DNA from: Dehalococcoidia bacterium
GTDB taxonomy: Bacteria; Chloroflexota; Dehalococcoidia; Bin125
Assembly (NCBI GenBank): GCA_965232875.1
Contig: OZ247431.1
Span: 1,720,376-1,784,375 of the forward strand
Length of the DNA stretch: 64,000 bases
Direction: 5' to 3'
Shown here: positions 1 through 8,785 of the stretch, piece after piece
Position numbering within the stretch: the first letter of the stretch is position 1
How the letters are laid out: the number at the start of each line of letters is the position of its first letter
Translations under genes and position numbers: made by a program
The notes under the pieces: generated by a model
What the model was told of the DNA's origin: nothing
Databases searched by the model: none
Seen by the model: only the letters and a program-made list of their open reading frames with translations

Positions 1-31
1 ACTGGGACACTTCATCATTCCCGGCGATCAC

Positions 32-565
32 ATGTCGGTGCGCCGCACCGGCGGACTGCTGATCGCTTATGGCGGCGTCATCGTGGTCTTTGTTGGAGGA
101 TTCAGCGCGCCAGGCGCCAGCGTCTGGGGCGACCTGATGACCGTGACGTCAGCGATGCTGCTCGGCACCCGACAGATCTATCTCTCCCACTTCTCGCAGA
201 GCATCCATCCGGCACGGCTGTTGATGACGCAGTCCGTAGCCGCCATCATCCTCTTCGGCCTCGGCGGAGTCTTCCTCGAATCTGGACCGCTGGTCTGGAC
301 GCCCGATTTCCTCGTCGCCCTGTGTTACCAGGGCATCGTGATCGGCGGCTTTGGGTTCATCGGCAACACCTGGCTGATCAAGCGCTACTTTCCGTCACAG
401 GTCTCAGCGACAATGCTCTTCGCGCCAATCTTTGGCGTCTTCTTCAGTTGGATGGTCCTGGGCGAGTCACTCGGCTTCGAAGTCCTCGTCGGAGTCGTGC
501 TCCTCGTCACCGGCAGCGCCCTCGTCCAACTGCGACGCCAGCCTGTTGCGGAAGCTCCTGAGTAA
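32..565 (+). CDS. EamA/DMT-family membrane transporter, C-terminal portion (5' end outside window)
   Basis: Hydrophobic multi-TM translation typical of EamA-domain drug/metabolite transporter. ORF runs to the window edge. Confidence 0.55.
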   Translation: MSVRRTGGLLIAYGGVIVVFVGGFSAPGASVWGDLMTVTSAMLLGTRQIYLSHFSQSIHPARLLMTQSVAAIILFGLGGVFLESGPLVWTPDFLVALCYQGIVIGGFGFIGNTWLIKRYFPSQVSATMLFAPIFGVFFSWMVLGESLGFEVLVGVVLLVTGSALVQLRRQPVAEAPE

Positions 566-730
566 CGGGACTCAATGCTATTCACAATGCTGTCGAGATT
601 CAGCACAAAGTCCTCGTCATACCCCCGCTTGTCGCGGGTATCTCGCGTTGACCCTCATGAGGCCGATACAACTGAGACCAGGTGTGGAGACGGCTGTCGT
701 GACGCACCCAACGACTAACCAGAGTGCGGC

Positions 731-763
731 GAGATTCCCGCGTCAAGCGCGGGAATGACGGAA
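731..763. repeat. Conserved hairpin element GAGATTCCCGCG-TCAA-GCGCGGGAATGACGGAA
   Basis: Perfect 9-bp stem. Family members at 59067-59100, 62356-62390 and in every unit of the 39291-39916 array. Confidence 0.75.
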
Positions 764-798
764 AAGGTGTTGGACCTCTAGCGACGATGCAAGTAGCC

Positions 799-1650
799 CT
801 AATCCCAGTCGTCCAGACCCAGGAGCTTTCGGCCCAACGGCGTCAACTCCGCAGGCGGCGAGTCCGCTTCTTTGCCCCGCGAATCGCCGGGAAATGCTCG
901 CGGATTCTGGAAGGCAGGATGCGACCGCTCGCGCCACGAGGCGATCCTCGCCTCTCGCAGTTCTTCATCGGCGGGATCAGCGGGAAACAGACGCACATAT
1001 TGCGCCAGGCGCGGCTTGTCCGAATAGTTGCGGCTGTTGCCATGGGGCAGCGCCGAATGCCAGATGATGAAATCGCCGGCGTTGGCCTCAACCTCGATCG
1101 GCGGTCCGATCCGTTCCGAGAAGCGCTCGTGCAATTGTTGATGCCGCAGATCTTCGTTCGAGATGCCGGCCGATACCTCCGCCGCTCGCCGATGAACACC
1201 AGGAACGCACTGGAATCCGCCTTCGCCCTGCCTTGTGTCGACCAGGTACAACACGCCCTGGACCTGGAAAGGCGTCGGCGACTGACGCACATCCATGTCC
1301 CAATGCACCATGCCATGGTGGTCGTACTGGGGATGCTCCGGATTTGGCGGAGGCTTCAGGTTGGCTCGATCGATGAACACCCAGAGGTCGTCCTGACCAA
1401 ACAGCTCCCGAAACAGCTCATACATCTGAGGGCTCTGGCGCACATCCCATAGCGCCTGGTGGTGATACATCTCCACCATGCCATTGACCCGATGCGGCTC
1501 CCGATACCAGTCCGATGAATCGTTTCGATCGAACTCGAGAAACTCCCAGATCGCGTCGACCACGGCGTCGACCTGATCGCGAGGTATCAGGTCGCGGACG
1601 ACGAGGTAGCCGTGCTGGTCAAAGAAGTCGCGGTCGAACTGGCTGAGCAT
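799..1650 (-). CDS. Phytanoyl-CoA dioxygenase (PhyH) family Fe(II)/2OG oxygenase
   Basis: N-terminus MLSQFDRDFFDQHGYLVVRDLI... and overall length fit the PhyH family. Confidence 0.7.
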   Translation of the reverse strand: MLSQFDRDFFDQHGYLVVRDLIPRDQVDAVVDAIWEFLEFDRNDSSDWYREPHRVNGMVEMYHHQALWDVRQSPQMYELFRELFGQDDLWVFIDRANLKPPPNPEHPQYDHHGMVHWDMDVRQSPTPFQVQGVLYLVDTRQGEGGFQCVPGVHRRAAEVSAGISNEDLRHQQLHERFSERIGPPIEVEANAGDFIIWHSALPHGNSRNYSDKPRLAQYVRLFPADPADEELREARIASWRERSHPAFQNPRAFPGDSRGKEADSPPAELTPLGRKLLGLDDWD

Positions 1651-1664
1651 CGCTGCCTCCGGGT

Positions 1665-2264
1665 TCAGTCCGTGAACGGCGACTCGACACCCGGCGGCAT
1701 ACCGACGTTGAATGTGTTCAGACCGATCGAAACCAATGCGTAGTAGCCCATCACTGAGGCAACTTCGAACACACCACTCTCGCCGATCATGTCATTCAGC
1801 GCAGCGTAAGTCTCGTCAGAGACACGCTGGTTCTCGATCAACTCTCGTCCGAACTGGTACACAGTCTGCTGCCGTTCGTCTCCGAAGTAGGGTTGCTCTC
1901 CGTCACGGATGGCGTCGATGGCGCCTTCCGAGACGCCGGCATTCTTCGCCAGCCGAGCGTGCGCCCAAAACTCAAAGTTGGCCCGCCAGTGACCACCCAT
2001 CGTGCAGATCGCGACTTCCAAGAGGTCGGACGGCAATGATGTGTTGTAGCGAATCGCGGCGCCCAGCTTCTGAACGGCGTCACCGACTTCCGGAGACAAG
2101 AACAGCGCATTGAACGGCCCGATCAGCGCCCCGTCGGCGCCGGCCAGCCCACCGTGTTCGCGATCAGGATTACCTCTTGGGCCTGTGGTGATGTTGTCCC
2201 AGAGCACGCGTTGGTTGTCATCGAGCGTGTCGAATGTCTGTGGTTCAAGTCGCGGCACGATCAT
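1665..2264 (-). CDS. Carboxymuconolactone decarboxylase (AhpD-like) family protein
   Basis: About 200 aa with a CMD-family-like sequence. Tightly linked downstream of the CoA-transferase gene. Confidence 0.55.
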   Translation of the reverse strand: MIVPRLEPQTFDTLDDNQRVLWDNITTGPRGNPDREHGGLAGADGALIGPFNALFLSPEVGDAVQKLGAAIRYNTSLPSDLLEVAICTMGGHWRANFEFWAHARLAKNAGVSEGAIDAIRDGEQPYFGDERQQTVYQFGRELIENQRVSDETYAALNDMIGESGVFEVASVMGYYALVSIGLNTFNVGMPPGVESPFTD

Positions 2265-2272
2265 TCCTCCGA

Positions 2273-4858
2273 TTAGTCGTTTGTGGATGCATCAGTTCGC
2301 ATGAACCGGGGCAAGAGCTCATCGGGATATGCGATGCCGACCAAACCCTTCGCTTCCAGCTCAGCGAGTTCGTCTTCCGAGTAACCAAGCAGATCGCAGT
2401 AGATCTCCCGGTTGTGCTCGCCGAGCTTTGCCGGCGGCGTACGCAGTTGATTAGGAGTCCGGCTCATGGTGAACGTCAGCCCCGGATAACGATGCGTGCC
2501 GACGCCTTCGATGGTCATCTGCTCGAAGAAGCCGACTTCGCGTAGATGCCGATCCGATAGCGCGTCGAACGGATCGTTCAGTGGCGCCGCGCAGATACCT
2601 GCGGCTTGCAGCTTGTGGAACAGGTCTTCCTTGTTCCAGACCCTGGTCTCCTGGGCGATCAATTCGTCCAGCGCATCCGAGTTGGCCAGGCGTCCCTCAG
2701 CGTTCGTGAAGCGAGTATCGAGCGGTGCATGAGCCAGATCAGACTGCACCGAAGCCTCGCCGAGACCGGCGGCCAGCGAATTGCAGAGTGTCACGAACTC
2801 GGTGTCGGAACCGATGTCGATGGCGATCCACTGATCTTCGCCGCGGCAGGGATAGACGCCGTAGGGAGCGCGAATGTGATGACTGTTGCCCTGTGACGGC
2901 GGATTGACGCCGTTCATCGAGTGCTGGAACAGATACTCCGCCAGCGTAGGTATGAAGCCCTCGTTCAGCGGCATTTCGATCTGTTGTCCGACGCCGGTCT
3001 GCTCGCGGTGTCGCAGCGCCATCAGCACGGCGACGGCGCCCTGCACACCCGAGAGGCCGTCGCTGGCCAGGGTTTCGCCAATTCCTTCTGGACCGCGGTC
3101 GGGATATCCGCGCAAGTGCGTATGGCCGACCATGGCCTCGACATGCAGCCCGAACGCGCGGTAGGTGGCATATGGACCCTCTAGCCCAAATGCCGGCATG
3201 CGCAGCATGATCAGCCTGGGGTTCACCTGCCTCACCTCTTCCCAGGTGATGCCTGCCTTGTCAATCGTGGTAGGTACGTTGTTTTCGACCAGCACATCGC
3301 ATTGTTCAATGAGTTTGAAGAATGCGTCGCGACCCTCAGGCGACATGATGTCGCAAGTCATCGATCGCTTGTTCCGAGCGTGAGAGTTGAATGAAGCAAA
3401 CCGGTTCCAGGGGTCATCGCCTGGTTCGGCATCGGGATATTGAGGCTGAACGCCGATCTCCGCGCCGCGCAGCATCGTCTCACGCGACTGGACGTTCTCG
3501 GCGCCTCGTGTGTATGGCTGAATCCGATTCACCGGTTCGACGTTGATCACGTCCGCGCCCCACTCGGCCAGAAGCTGCGCCACGTGCGGACCTGCCCAAA
3601 CCACGGTGATCGCCGCCACCCGAATCCCTTCGAGTGGCAAGTGCAAGGCGCTCAGCGGGCCCTCCGGCAGCGAATGGCGCGCGTCCTCGAGCGGGTCCGG
3701 CGGGGTCAGGTCGAGGACAACCCGCGAGTGCTCCCCGAGTCGCGGCGAACGCTTTGGCCGCGGCGGGTGAGATTCACTCATCCGGAACGGGAACCCGGGA
3801 TAGGGCAGCTCCGACCCATGCCAATGGGTAATGCGATGCCACCAATCTCGGGACTCGAGCTGTGGATCCTCAAGCACATCCGGCACCGTCATCACGGCTC
3901 CCGCCAACAGCCCGGCGGCCTGCGCCGAGGCCACTGCCTCAATCTTGCCGACATCGGCGAGGTGCGCCTCCACCGCTTCGTCAACCTTGGCGCCGAACCC
4001 CGATCCCGGGCGCGGGCCAGCCAGGAAGTCCTCGTCCTCGAGCAAGTCCTCACGCCCGATCCAGCGCAACAGCCTGGGCATCCGGTTGCCTGAGCCAACG
4101 ATGTTGACGAAGCCGTCGGCGCATGGGTACATGCCAAAGCCGACGAGGCGCCGGGTCGGTAGCGCGCGACCGGGGGCCACTCCGCTGTACTCGGCTGCCA
4201 CCAGTTGAATGGTTCGACGATCGCGGCAGCCGGCCTGGCAGCGATAAATCGAAATGTCGATCCAGTCACCGGCCAACTCGTCATTGGCGGCACGCTTGAG
4301 CGCAAGCAAGATGGCAAAGGCGGCCGTTGCGCCGGCGTGGTAGCCGGCATAGTGGCCAGCGACTTTGATCGGCTCTCGATCAGCGGCGCCGGTCGCGTGC
4401 AACGGACCGCCGATCGCCTGCATCGTGATCTCCGAGCCACGGTAGTCGCGATACGGCCCCGCTTGGCCGTACGGTGTGATCGAACAAAAGATCAGCTTGT
4501 GGTTGATCGCATGCAGCGTTTCCCAGCCCCATCCGGCGGCCTCCGCCTCGCCCGGCGGCAATGCTTCGATCACGACATCGACCAGTTGCGCCAGGCGCCG
4601 CACCGTGGCGCCGCCATCGTCGGTGTGCGGATCGAGCACGATTGACTGCTTGTTGGTGTTGAGATGCAAAAAGAGGCCGGAGGCCTCGGGGTCGGGCCGG
4701 CTGTCAGGAAACGGACCAAAGCGGCGCGAGGGATCGCCACCGCGAGGCTCCGCCTTGATCACTCTCGCCCCATAGTCGGCGAGCAGTTTCGTCGCGTACG
4801 GACCGGCAACGCCGCTGGTCAAGTCCAGTACGGTGATTCCCTCCAACGGACCGGCCAT
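2273..4858 (-). CDS. Fused tandem CoA-transferase family III (CaiB/BaiF-like) protein, two complete domains
   Basis: N-terminal half GITVLDLTSGVAGPYATKLLADYGARVIKAEP and second half GIRVAAITVVWAGPHVAQLLAEWGADVINVEP both match the family III CoA-transferase N-terminal signature. Total length 861 aa. Confidence 0.75.
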   Translation of the reverse strand: MAGPLEGITVLDLTSGVAGPYATKLLADYGARVIKAEPRGGDPSRRFGPFPDSRPDPEASGLFLHLNTNKQSIVLDPHTDDGGATVRRLAQLVDVVIEALPPGEAEAAGWGWETLHAINHKLIFCSITPYGQAGPYRDYRGSEITMQAIGGPLHATGAADREPIKVAGHYAGYHAGATAAFAILLALKRAANDELAGDWIDISIYRCQAGCRDRRTIQLVAAEYSGVAPGRALPTRRLVGFGMYPCADGFVNIVGSGNRMPRLLRWIGREDLLEDEDFLAGPRPGSGFGAKVDEAVEAHLADVGKIEAVASAQAAGLLAGAVMTVPDVLEDPQLESRDWWHRITHWHGSELPYPGFPFRMSESHPPRPKRSPRLGEHSRVVLDLTPPDPLEDARHSLPEGPLSALHLPLEGIRVAAITVVWAGPHVAQLLAEWGADVINVEPVNRIQPYTRGAENVQSRETMLRGAEIGVQPQYPDAEPGDDPWNRFASFNSHARNKRSMTCDIMSPEGRDAFFKLIEQCDVLVENNVPTTIDKAGITWEEVRQVNPRLIMLRMPAFGLEGPYATYRAFGLHVEAMVGHTHLRGYPDRGPEGIGETLASDGLSGVQGAVAVLMALRHREQTGVGQQIEMPLNEGFIPTLAEYLFQHSMNGVNPPSQGNSHHIRAPYGVYPCRGEDQWIAIDIGSDTEFVTLCNSLAAGLGEASVQSDLAHAPLDTRFTNAEGRLANSDALDELIAQETRVWNKEDLFHKLQAAGICAAPLNDPFDALSDRHLREVGFFEQMTIEGVGTHRYPGLTFTMSRTPNQLRTPPAKLGEHNREIYCDLLGYSEDELAELEAKGLVGIAYPDELLPRFMRTDASTND

Positions 4859-5095
4859 GTCTGCTCCCCATTGGCCTGCTGAAACATCAACAGGCTAACC
4901 GCCATTGCCGATCCTTCCCAAGCGGAGGCGAACCTGCTGCTTATGTCACCACCTTCTTGTCGGGGATGAGCGCGGAGATTCGCACCAAGCCCGATTCCAG
5001 AGGCGTAGAGTGACCGGCAATGAAGCTGCAGGAGAGGAGGACGAACCAACAGCTTCCAACATCGTCCGAGACCAGTTGGAACATGGAGAGAAACG

Positions 5096-5272
5096 ATGAG
5101 CAAGAAACTCAACGCCTCCACACCGACCCGGCTCGCGACGACTGCGGTGATCATTCTGCTCGCAGCCGCAGCCGCCACGTTCCTCGTTGACAAGACCGAG
5201 GCAAGCCCGCAAACCGAATCCCCCCTCAACACCCTTGCGCAGGGACGCCCAACCTCAACGCCATCAGTGTGA
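5096..5272 (+). CDS. Small (58 aa) hypothetical protein with N-terminal hydrophobic anchor
   Basis: ATG preceded by GGAGAG. Translates MSKKLNASTPTRLATTAVIILLAAAAATFLV... Shorter than the ORF-track cutoff. Lies in an AT-richer islet. Confidence 0.3.
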   Translation: MSKKLNASTPTRLATTAVIILLAAAAATFLVDKTEASPQTESPLNTLAQGRPTSTPSV

Positions 5273-5329
5273 GGGGAGAGTGCTTCCCATGATCTTCACG
5301 CGAGCATCCGAACAGCCGACGGAGAAGGT

Positions 5330-5686
5330 TTGTCCCTCGGCTTCACTTGGCCTTATGACTTGTGGGGCATAACCATGCAACAAATCGCTTCGATGATACA
5401 TCGAATCGGACCACGCGATGACTACCAATACGGCGCCGGGGTCATCGCTCTGGGATTGGCCGCGTTCGTCTTGTCAGGACTGAATCCCTACCCTACGCTC
5501 GGATACTGGCAGACGCAGTTTCAACTCGTTTGTTTCGCAGGTTTGTTGTTGTTGACCGGAGCATACGCTCTGCCGGCCACGAGTCGCAGATGGTACGGGG
5601 TGAAGCTTCTCATCGCTTCTGCCGCTATCCACTGGATGTTTATCCTCCCTATTGCCAGATACTGGGGACGCTGGGACAACTTCTAA
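5330..5686 (+). CDS. Small integral membrane protein (hypothetical)
   Basis: 3-4 predicted TM segments. Paralogous to the next ORF (shared LTG..LP.SR...GWY...LLIA.A.IH pattern). Confidence 0.4.
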   Translation: MSLGFTWPYDLWGITMQQIASMIHRIGPRDDYQYGAGVIALGLAAFVLSGLNPYPTLGYWQTQFQLVCFAGLLLLTGAYALPATSRRWYGVKLLIASAAIHWMFILPIARYWGRWDNF

Positions 5687-5712
5687 GCAGCACTTGCGGA
5701 ACGGTGAGAACA

Positions 5713-6030
5713 ATGTCAGTACGGGAGTGGATCAGTAGCAACGTCAGGTTCCTGATTGGCGCAGCCGTAACAGGTGTTGGCGTCATCGCGTGGTACAACA
5801 CCATGTGGTTCATGATTTCGCCCGGGTTGGATTTCACCGGGTTGCGGTTTCAGGCTTTGCTCTGGTTGTGGCCGATGTGCATCATCGTCGTCCTGACGGG
5901 ACTGCTGACACTACCTCCCAGCCGCGATCGTACAGCCGGTTGGTACTGTTTCGTGCTGTTAGCAATCGCCACCGCGATTCACGCACTCGTGCAGGGCTAT
6001 CAGTTCGACGAGCGGTTGCTCTGGTGGTGA
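5713..6030 (+). CDS. Small integral membrane protein (hypothetical), paralog of the upstream ORF
   Basis: Internal Met of track ORF 5530..6030. Hydrophobic, similar to 5330..5686. Confidence 0.4.
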   Translation: MSVREWISSNVRFLIGAAVTGVGVIAWYNTMWFMISPGLDFTGLRFQALLWLWPMCIIVVLTGLLTLPPSRDRTAGWYCFVLLAIATAIHALVQGYQFDERLLWW

Positions 6031-6051
6031 CATCAGCACCGCTCTGGCGCC

Positions 6052-7212
6052 TCAACGGCTGCGTCGCGCTTCCATACCCAGCAGAGGACGCGCGCCGGCG
6101 TCGAAGTTCCATTCCAGTGCTGCCCCGTGCTGGCGAGCCGTCTGCAAGTCTCGCCAACGTCGCTCTAGCGTCCATGTTCGACGAGCCGCCTTCGTTCCGC
6201 CGGCTCGGAAGAGCTTCTCGATCGCATCCACACATGCATGAACCGCATGCACGTTGGCCAGCCGGCATCTCCCGAGTAGCTTGGCGTCGGGAGCGCCTTG
6301 TTCGATAGACGGCCAGGCGGTCGTCCAGGCTTCCTGTACGAGGGCGCGGGCAGCCGAGACCTCGGCCTGGGCCCGTGCGAACGCGAGACGAAACGGCTCA
6401 CGCTCTCGCAATGCGGCTGTGTCTCCGGTTGTCGACTCTGACGCGACCGCGGCCAGATCGTCCAGCGCCCCTTGCGCGGCGCCCACAGCGTGTCCGGCAT
6501 TGGCAATCCAGGCCACCAGTGAACGGTCGGGCACGTTCCATTGCGGACCCTCGGCATATGGCGGATCCAACGCCGCCCAGGTATGCGCGTTCTGCACAAA
6601 CGCCCTGTCAACTTCCCAATCGTGGCTGCCCGTGCCCCTCAGACCCATCGCGTCCCATGTCTCAATGATCGTTCCCGCTCGTTGCGGCAGCAATGCAAAC
6701 CGCACGCAATCTTCAAAGTCCACGAACGTGGCCACGATGTAGGTCGCGTGCTCAACGCCGCTGACAAAGTTCAAGCGACCGCTCAATCGGTAGCCCGACA
6801 CATCCGGTTCCGCTGTCGTCATCACACGTGATGAGCCGACAATCCGGCAACTTGGACCGCCCGGCTCCTCGCCCCCGATCATCTGGCTCAACACTGGGTT
6901 CGGCAGATACGCCGCCAATAGGGACACCTCGGTGGCGATCATTACCACCCAGGCCGTCGAGGCGTCAGCATGCGCTAGCGCTTCGATGACGTGGAAGACG
7001 ACCAAGGGGTGCGCTTGCTCGCCGTAGCTGCGCGCCGGCAGATTCAACCGATACAGCCCGCGAGCCGTGATCGCTTCGATGATCTCACGTGGGACCGAAC
7101 CAGTTTCCTCAATCACATCCGCGCATTCGCGAATCATCGGCTGCAACTCGCGAGCCGCCGCAACGAGCGGATGATCCTCATACTGGGCGAACACGCTGGA
7201 GGATTGAGCCAT
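6052..7212 (-). CDS. Acyl-CoA dehydrogenase-like flavoprotein (type-2 ACAD / flavin monooxygenase-like)
   Basis: 386 aa with ACAD-fold-like sequence (…IIEAITARGLYRLNLP…). Confidence 0.65.
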   Translation of the reverse strand: MAQSSSVFAQYEDHPLVAAARELQPMIRECADVIEETGSVPREIIEAITARGLYRLNLPARSYGEQAHPLVVFHVIEALAHADASTAWVVMIATEVSLLAAYLPNPVLSQMIGGEEPGGPSCRIVGSSRVMTTAEPDVSGYRLSGRLNFVSGVEHATYIVATFVDFEDCVRFALLPQRAGTIIETWDAMGLRGTGSHDWEVDRAFVQNAHTWAALDPPYAEGPQWNVPDRSLVAWIANAGHAVGAAQGALDDLAAVASESTTGDTAALREREPFRLAFARAQAEVSAARALVQEAWTTAWPSIEQGAPDAKLLGRCRLANVHAVHACVDAIEKLFRAGGTKAARRTWTLERRWRDLQTARQHGAALEWNFDAGARPLLGMEARRSR

Positions 7213-7280
7213 GAGGCGCAGGGTATCGGTGGGCCTCTAGACTCGGGCTCATAACGAACTGGCGTCGCGAACACATCCGA

Positions 7281-8537
7281 TTGAAGGACCGAATGAGCAC
7301 TGAACGCAACCGAACGAACGATATGGCTCTACGCGAGCGGGCCAAATCCGTCATTCCCAACGGCATGTACGGACACCAGAACGCAGCAATCCTGCCTTCC
7401 AACTTCCCGCAGTTCTTCGCCAGGGGCGAGGGATCGCACCTCTGGGATGTGGATGGCAACGAGTACATCGACTACATCTGCGCCTACGGGCCAATCGTGC
7501 TCGGTTACCAGCACCCCGGCGTCGACCGAGCGATCGCAGACGCGCAGGATGTCGGCGACTGCATGAACGGTCCCTCGGAACAGATGGTGGAGCTCGCTGA
7601 ACTGCTCGTCGACATCACACCCTGGGCAGACTGGGCCTGGTTCGCCAAGAACGGCACTGACGCCACCGTCTACGCGGCATCAGTCGCCCGCACCGCGACC
7701 GGCAAGGGCACGCTTCTCCGCGCCCATAACGCCTACCACGGCGCCGCCCCCACCTGGATCACCGCGGGCGACATGACGCAACAGGCAGACGGCACCCTCG
7801 AGTACGAGTTCAATGATCTCGCCTCGGTCCGCTCAGCGATCGACGCAGCCGAAGGCGACGCTGCGGCCATCATTGTCTCGGCCTTCCGTCACGACGTTGG
7901 ACTCGACCAGGAAATGCCGACCGTCGAGTTCGCGCAGGGAGTACGCGATCTCTGCGACGCAAACAACATTCCGCTCATCCTCGATGATGTGCGAGGTGGC
8001 TTCCGCCTCGATCTCGCCGGCAGTTGGGCGCCCCTCGGCGTCGACCCAGACCTGAGCATCTACTGCAAGGCAATCGGCAACGGCCAACCAATCTCCGCCC
8101 TGATGGGACGCGAAAGCCTGACTGAAGCGGTTGCGAAGACCTTCGCCACCGGCTCCTACTGGTTCACCGGCGCACCAATGGCGGCGGCTCACGCAACGAT
8201 CACCACGCTGCAAGAAACCGACGGCATCGCGCGTATGGACCGGATCGGCAACGCCCTGCGAGAAGGTTGGCAGCAGGCCGCCGACTCCCACGGCGTCGGC
8301 ATCCGTCAAACCGGTCCAGTATCAATTCCGCTCATGCTGTTCGATGGCGACGATTTCTCAACCAGAGACGTCCCCCGCGCGTACCGCTTCGCCGCAGAAC
8401 TCGCCGACCGAGGCGTCTACTTGCATCCAGTCCACAACGGCTTCCTCTCAACCGCATTGGACGACAACGACATCGCCCACACGCTCGAGGCCTCAGACGA
8501 AGCATTCGCAGTCGTCGCCGCGGAGTTCGGGGACTAG
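7281..8537 (+). CDS. Class-III aminotransferase (glutamate-1-semialdehyde aminomutase-like)
   Basis: SVIPNGMYGH…SHLWDVDGNEYIDY…YGPIVLGY is typical of GSA-AT-like class III PLP enzymes. Confidence 0.75.
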   Translation: MKDRMSTERNRTNDMALRERAKSVIPNGMYGHQNAAILPSNFPQFFARGEGSHLWDVDGNEYIDYICAYGPIVLGYQHPGVDRAIADAQDVGDCMNGPSEQMVELAELLVDITPWADWAWFAKNGTDATVYAASVARTATGKGTLLRAHNAYHGAAPTWITAGDMTQQADGTLEYEFNDLASVRSAIDAAEGDAAAIIVSAFRHDVGLDQEMPTVEFAQGVRDLCDANNIPLILDDVRGGFRLDLAGSWAPLGVDPDLSIYCKAIGNGQPISALMGRESLTEAVAKTFATGSYWFTGAPMAAAHATITTLQETDGIARMDRIGNALREGWQQAADSHGVGIRQTGPVSIPLMLFDGDDFSTRDVPRAYRFAAELADRGVYLHPVHNGFLSTALDDNDIAHTLEASDEAFAVVAAEFGD

Positions 8538-8584
8538 GTCGTGTTCACTTGGATGTTGACAGCCCATGCTTGGCGCGCCAGCAT

Positions 8585-8640
8585 TCCCCGCTCCCCCTTG
8601 CAGGGGGAGCTGCCGAAGGCTGAGGGGGTCCCACTCCCCA
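8585..8640. repeat. G-rich palindromic intergenic repeat (CCCCCTTGCAGGGGGAGCTGCCGAAGGCTGAGGGGG)
   Basis: Related copies at about 39960-40060 and 55690-55900, sharing the CTTCGGCAGC core and CCCCTTGCAGGGGG palindromes. Confidence 0.7.
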
Positions 8641-8749
8641 TCGACAGACCTGTGTAACCTCCGTCCGCTGTTCCACACCAAGTGAACAGACGCCAGCAGT
8701 ATCCCGCTCGGGGACGTTGGTCGAAGGCTCATTGGGACCTCCAAAGGGA

Positions 8750-8785
8750 CCCTCACCCTAACCCTCTCCCAGAGGGAGAGGGGAC
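8750..8785. repeat. REP-like palindromic element CCCTCACCCTAACCCTCTCCCAGAGGGAGAGGGGAC
   Basis: Identical 36-mer recurs at 40665-40700. Contains the palindrome CCCTCTCCC-AGA-GGGAGAGGG. Translates to 'PLPEGEG' in one frame. Confidence 0.8.

Noticed and set aside
3440-4208. Several plus-strand ORFs (217 aa, 125 aa) within 2273-4858
   Set aside because: Antisense to the strongly supported CoA-transferase gene.
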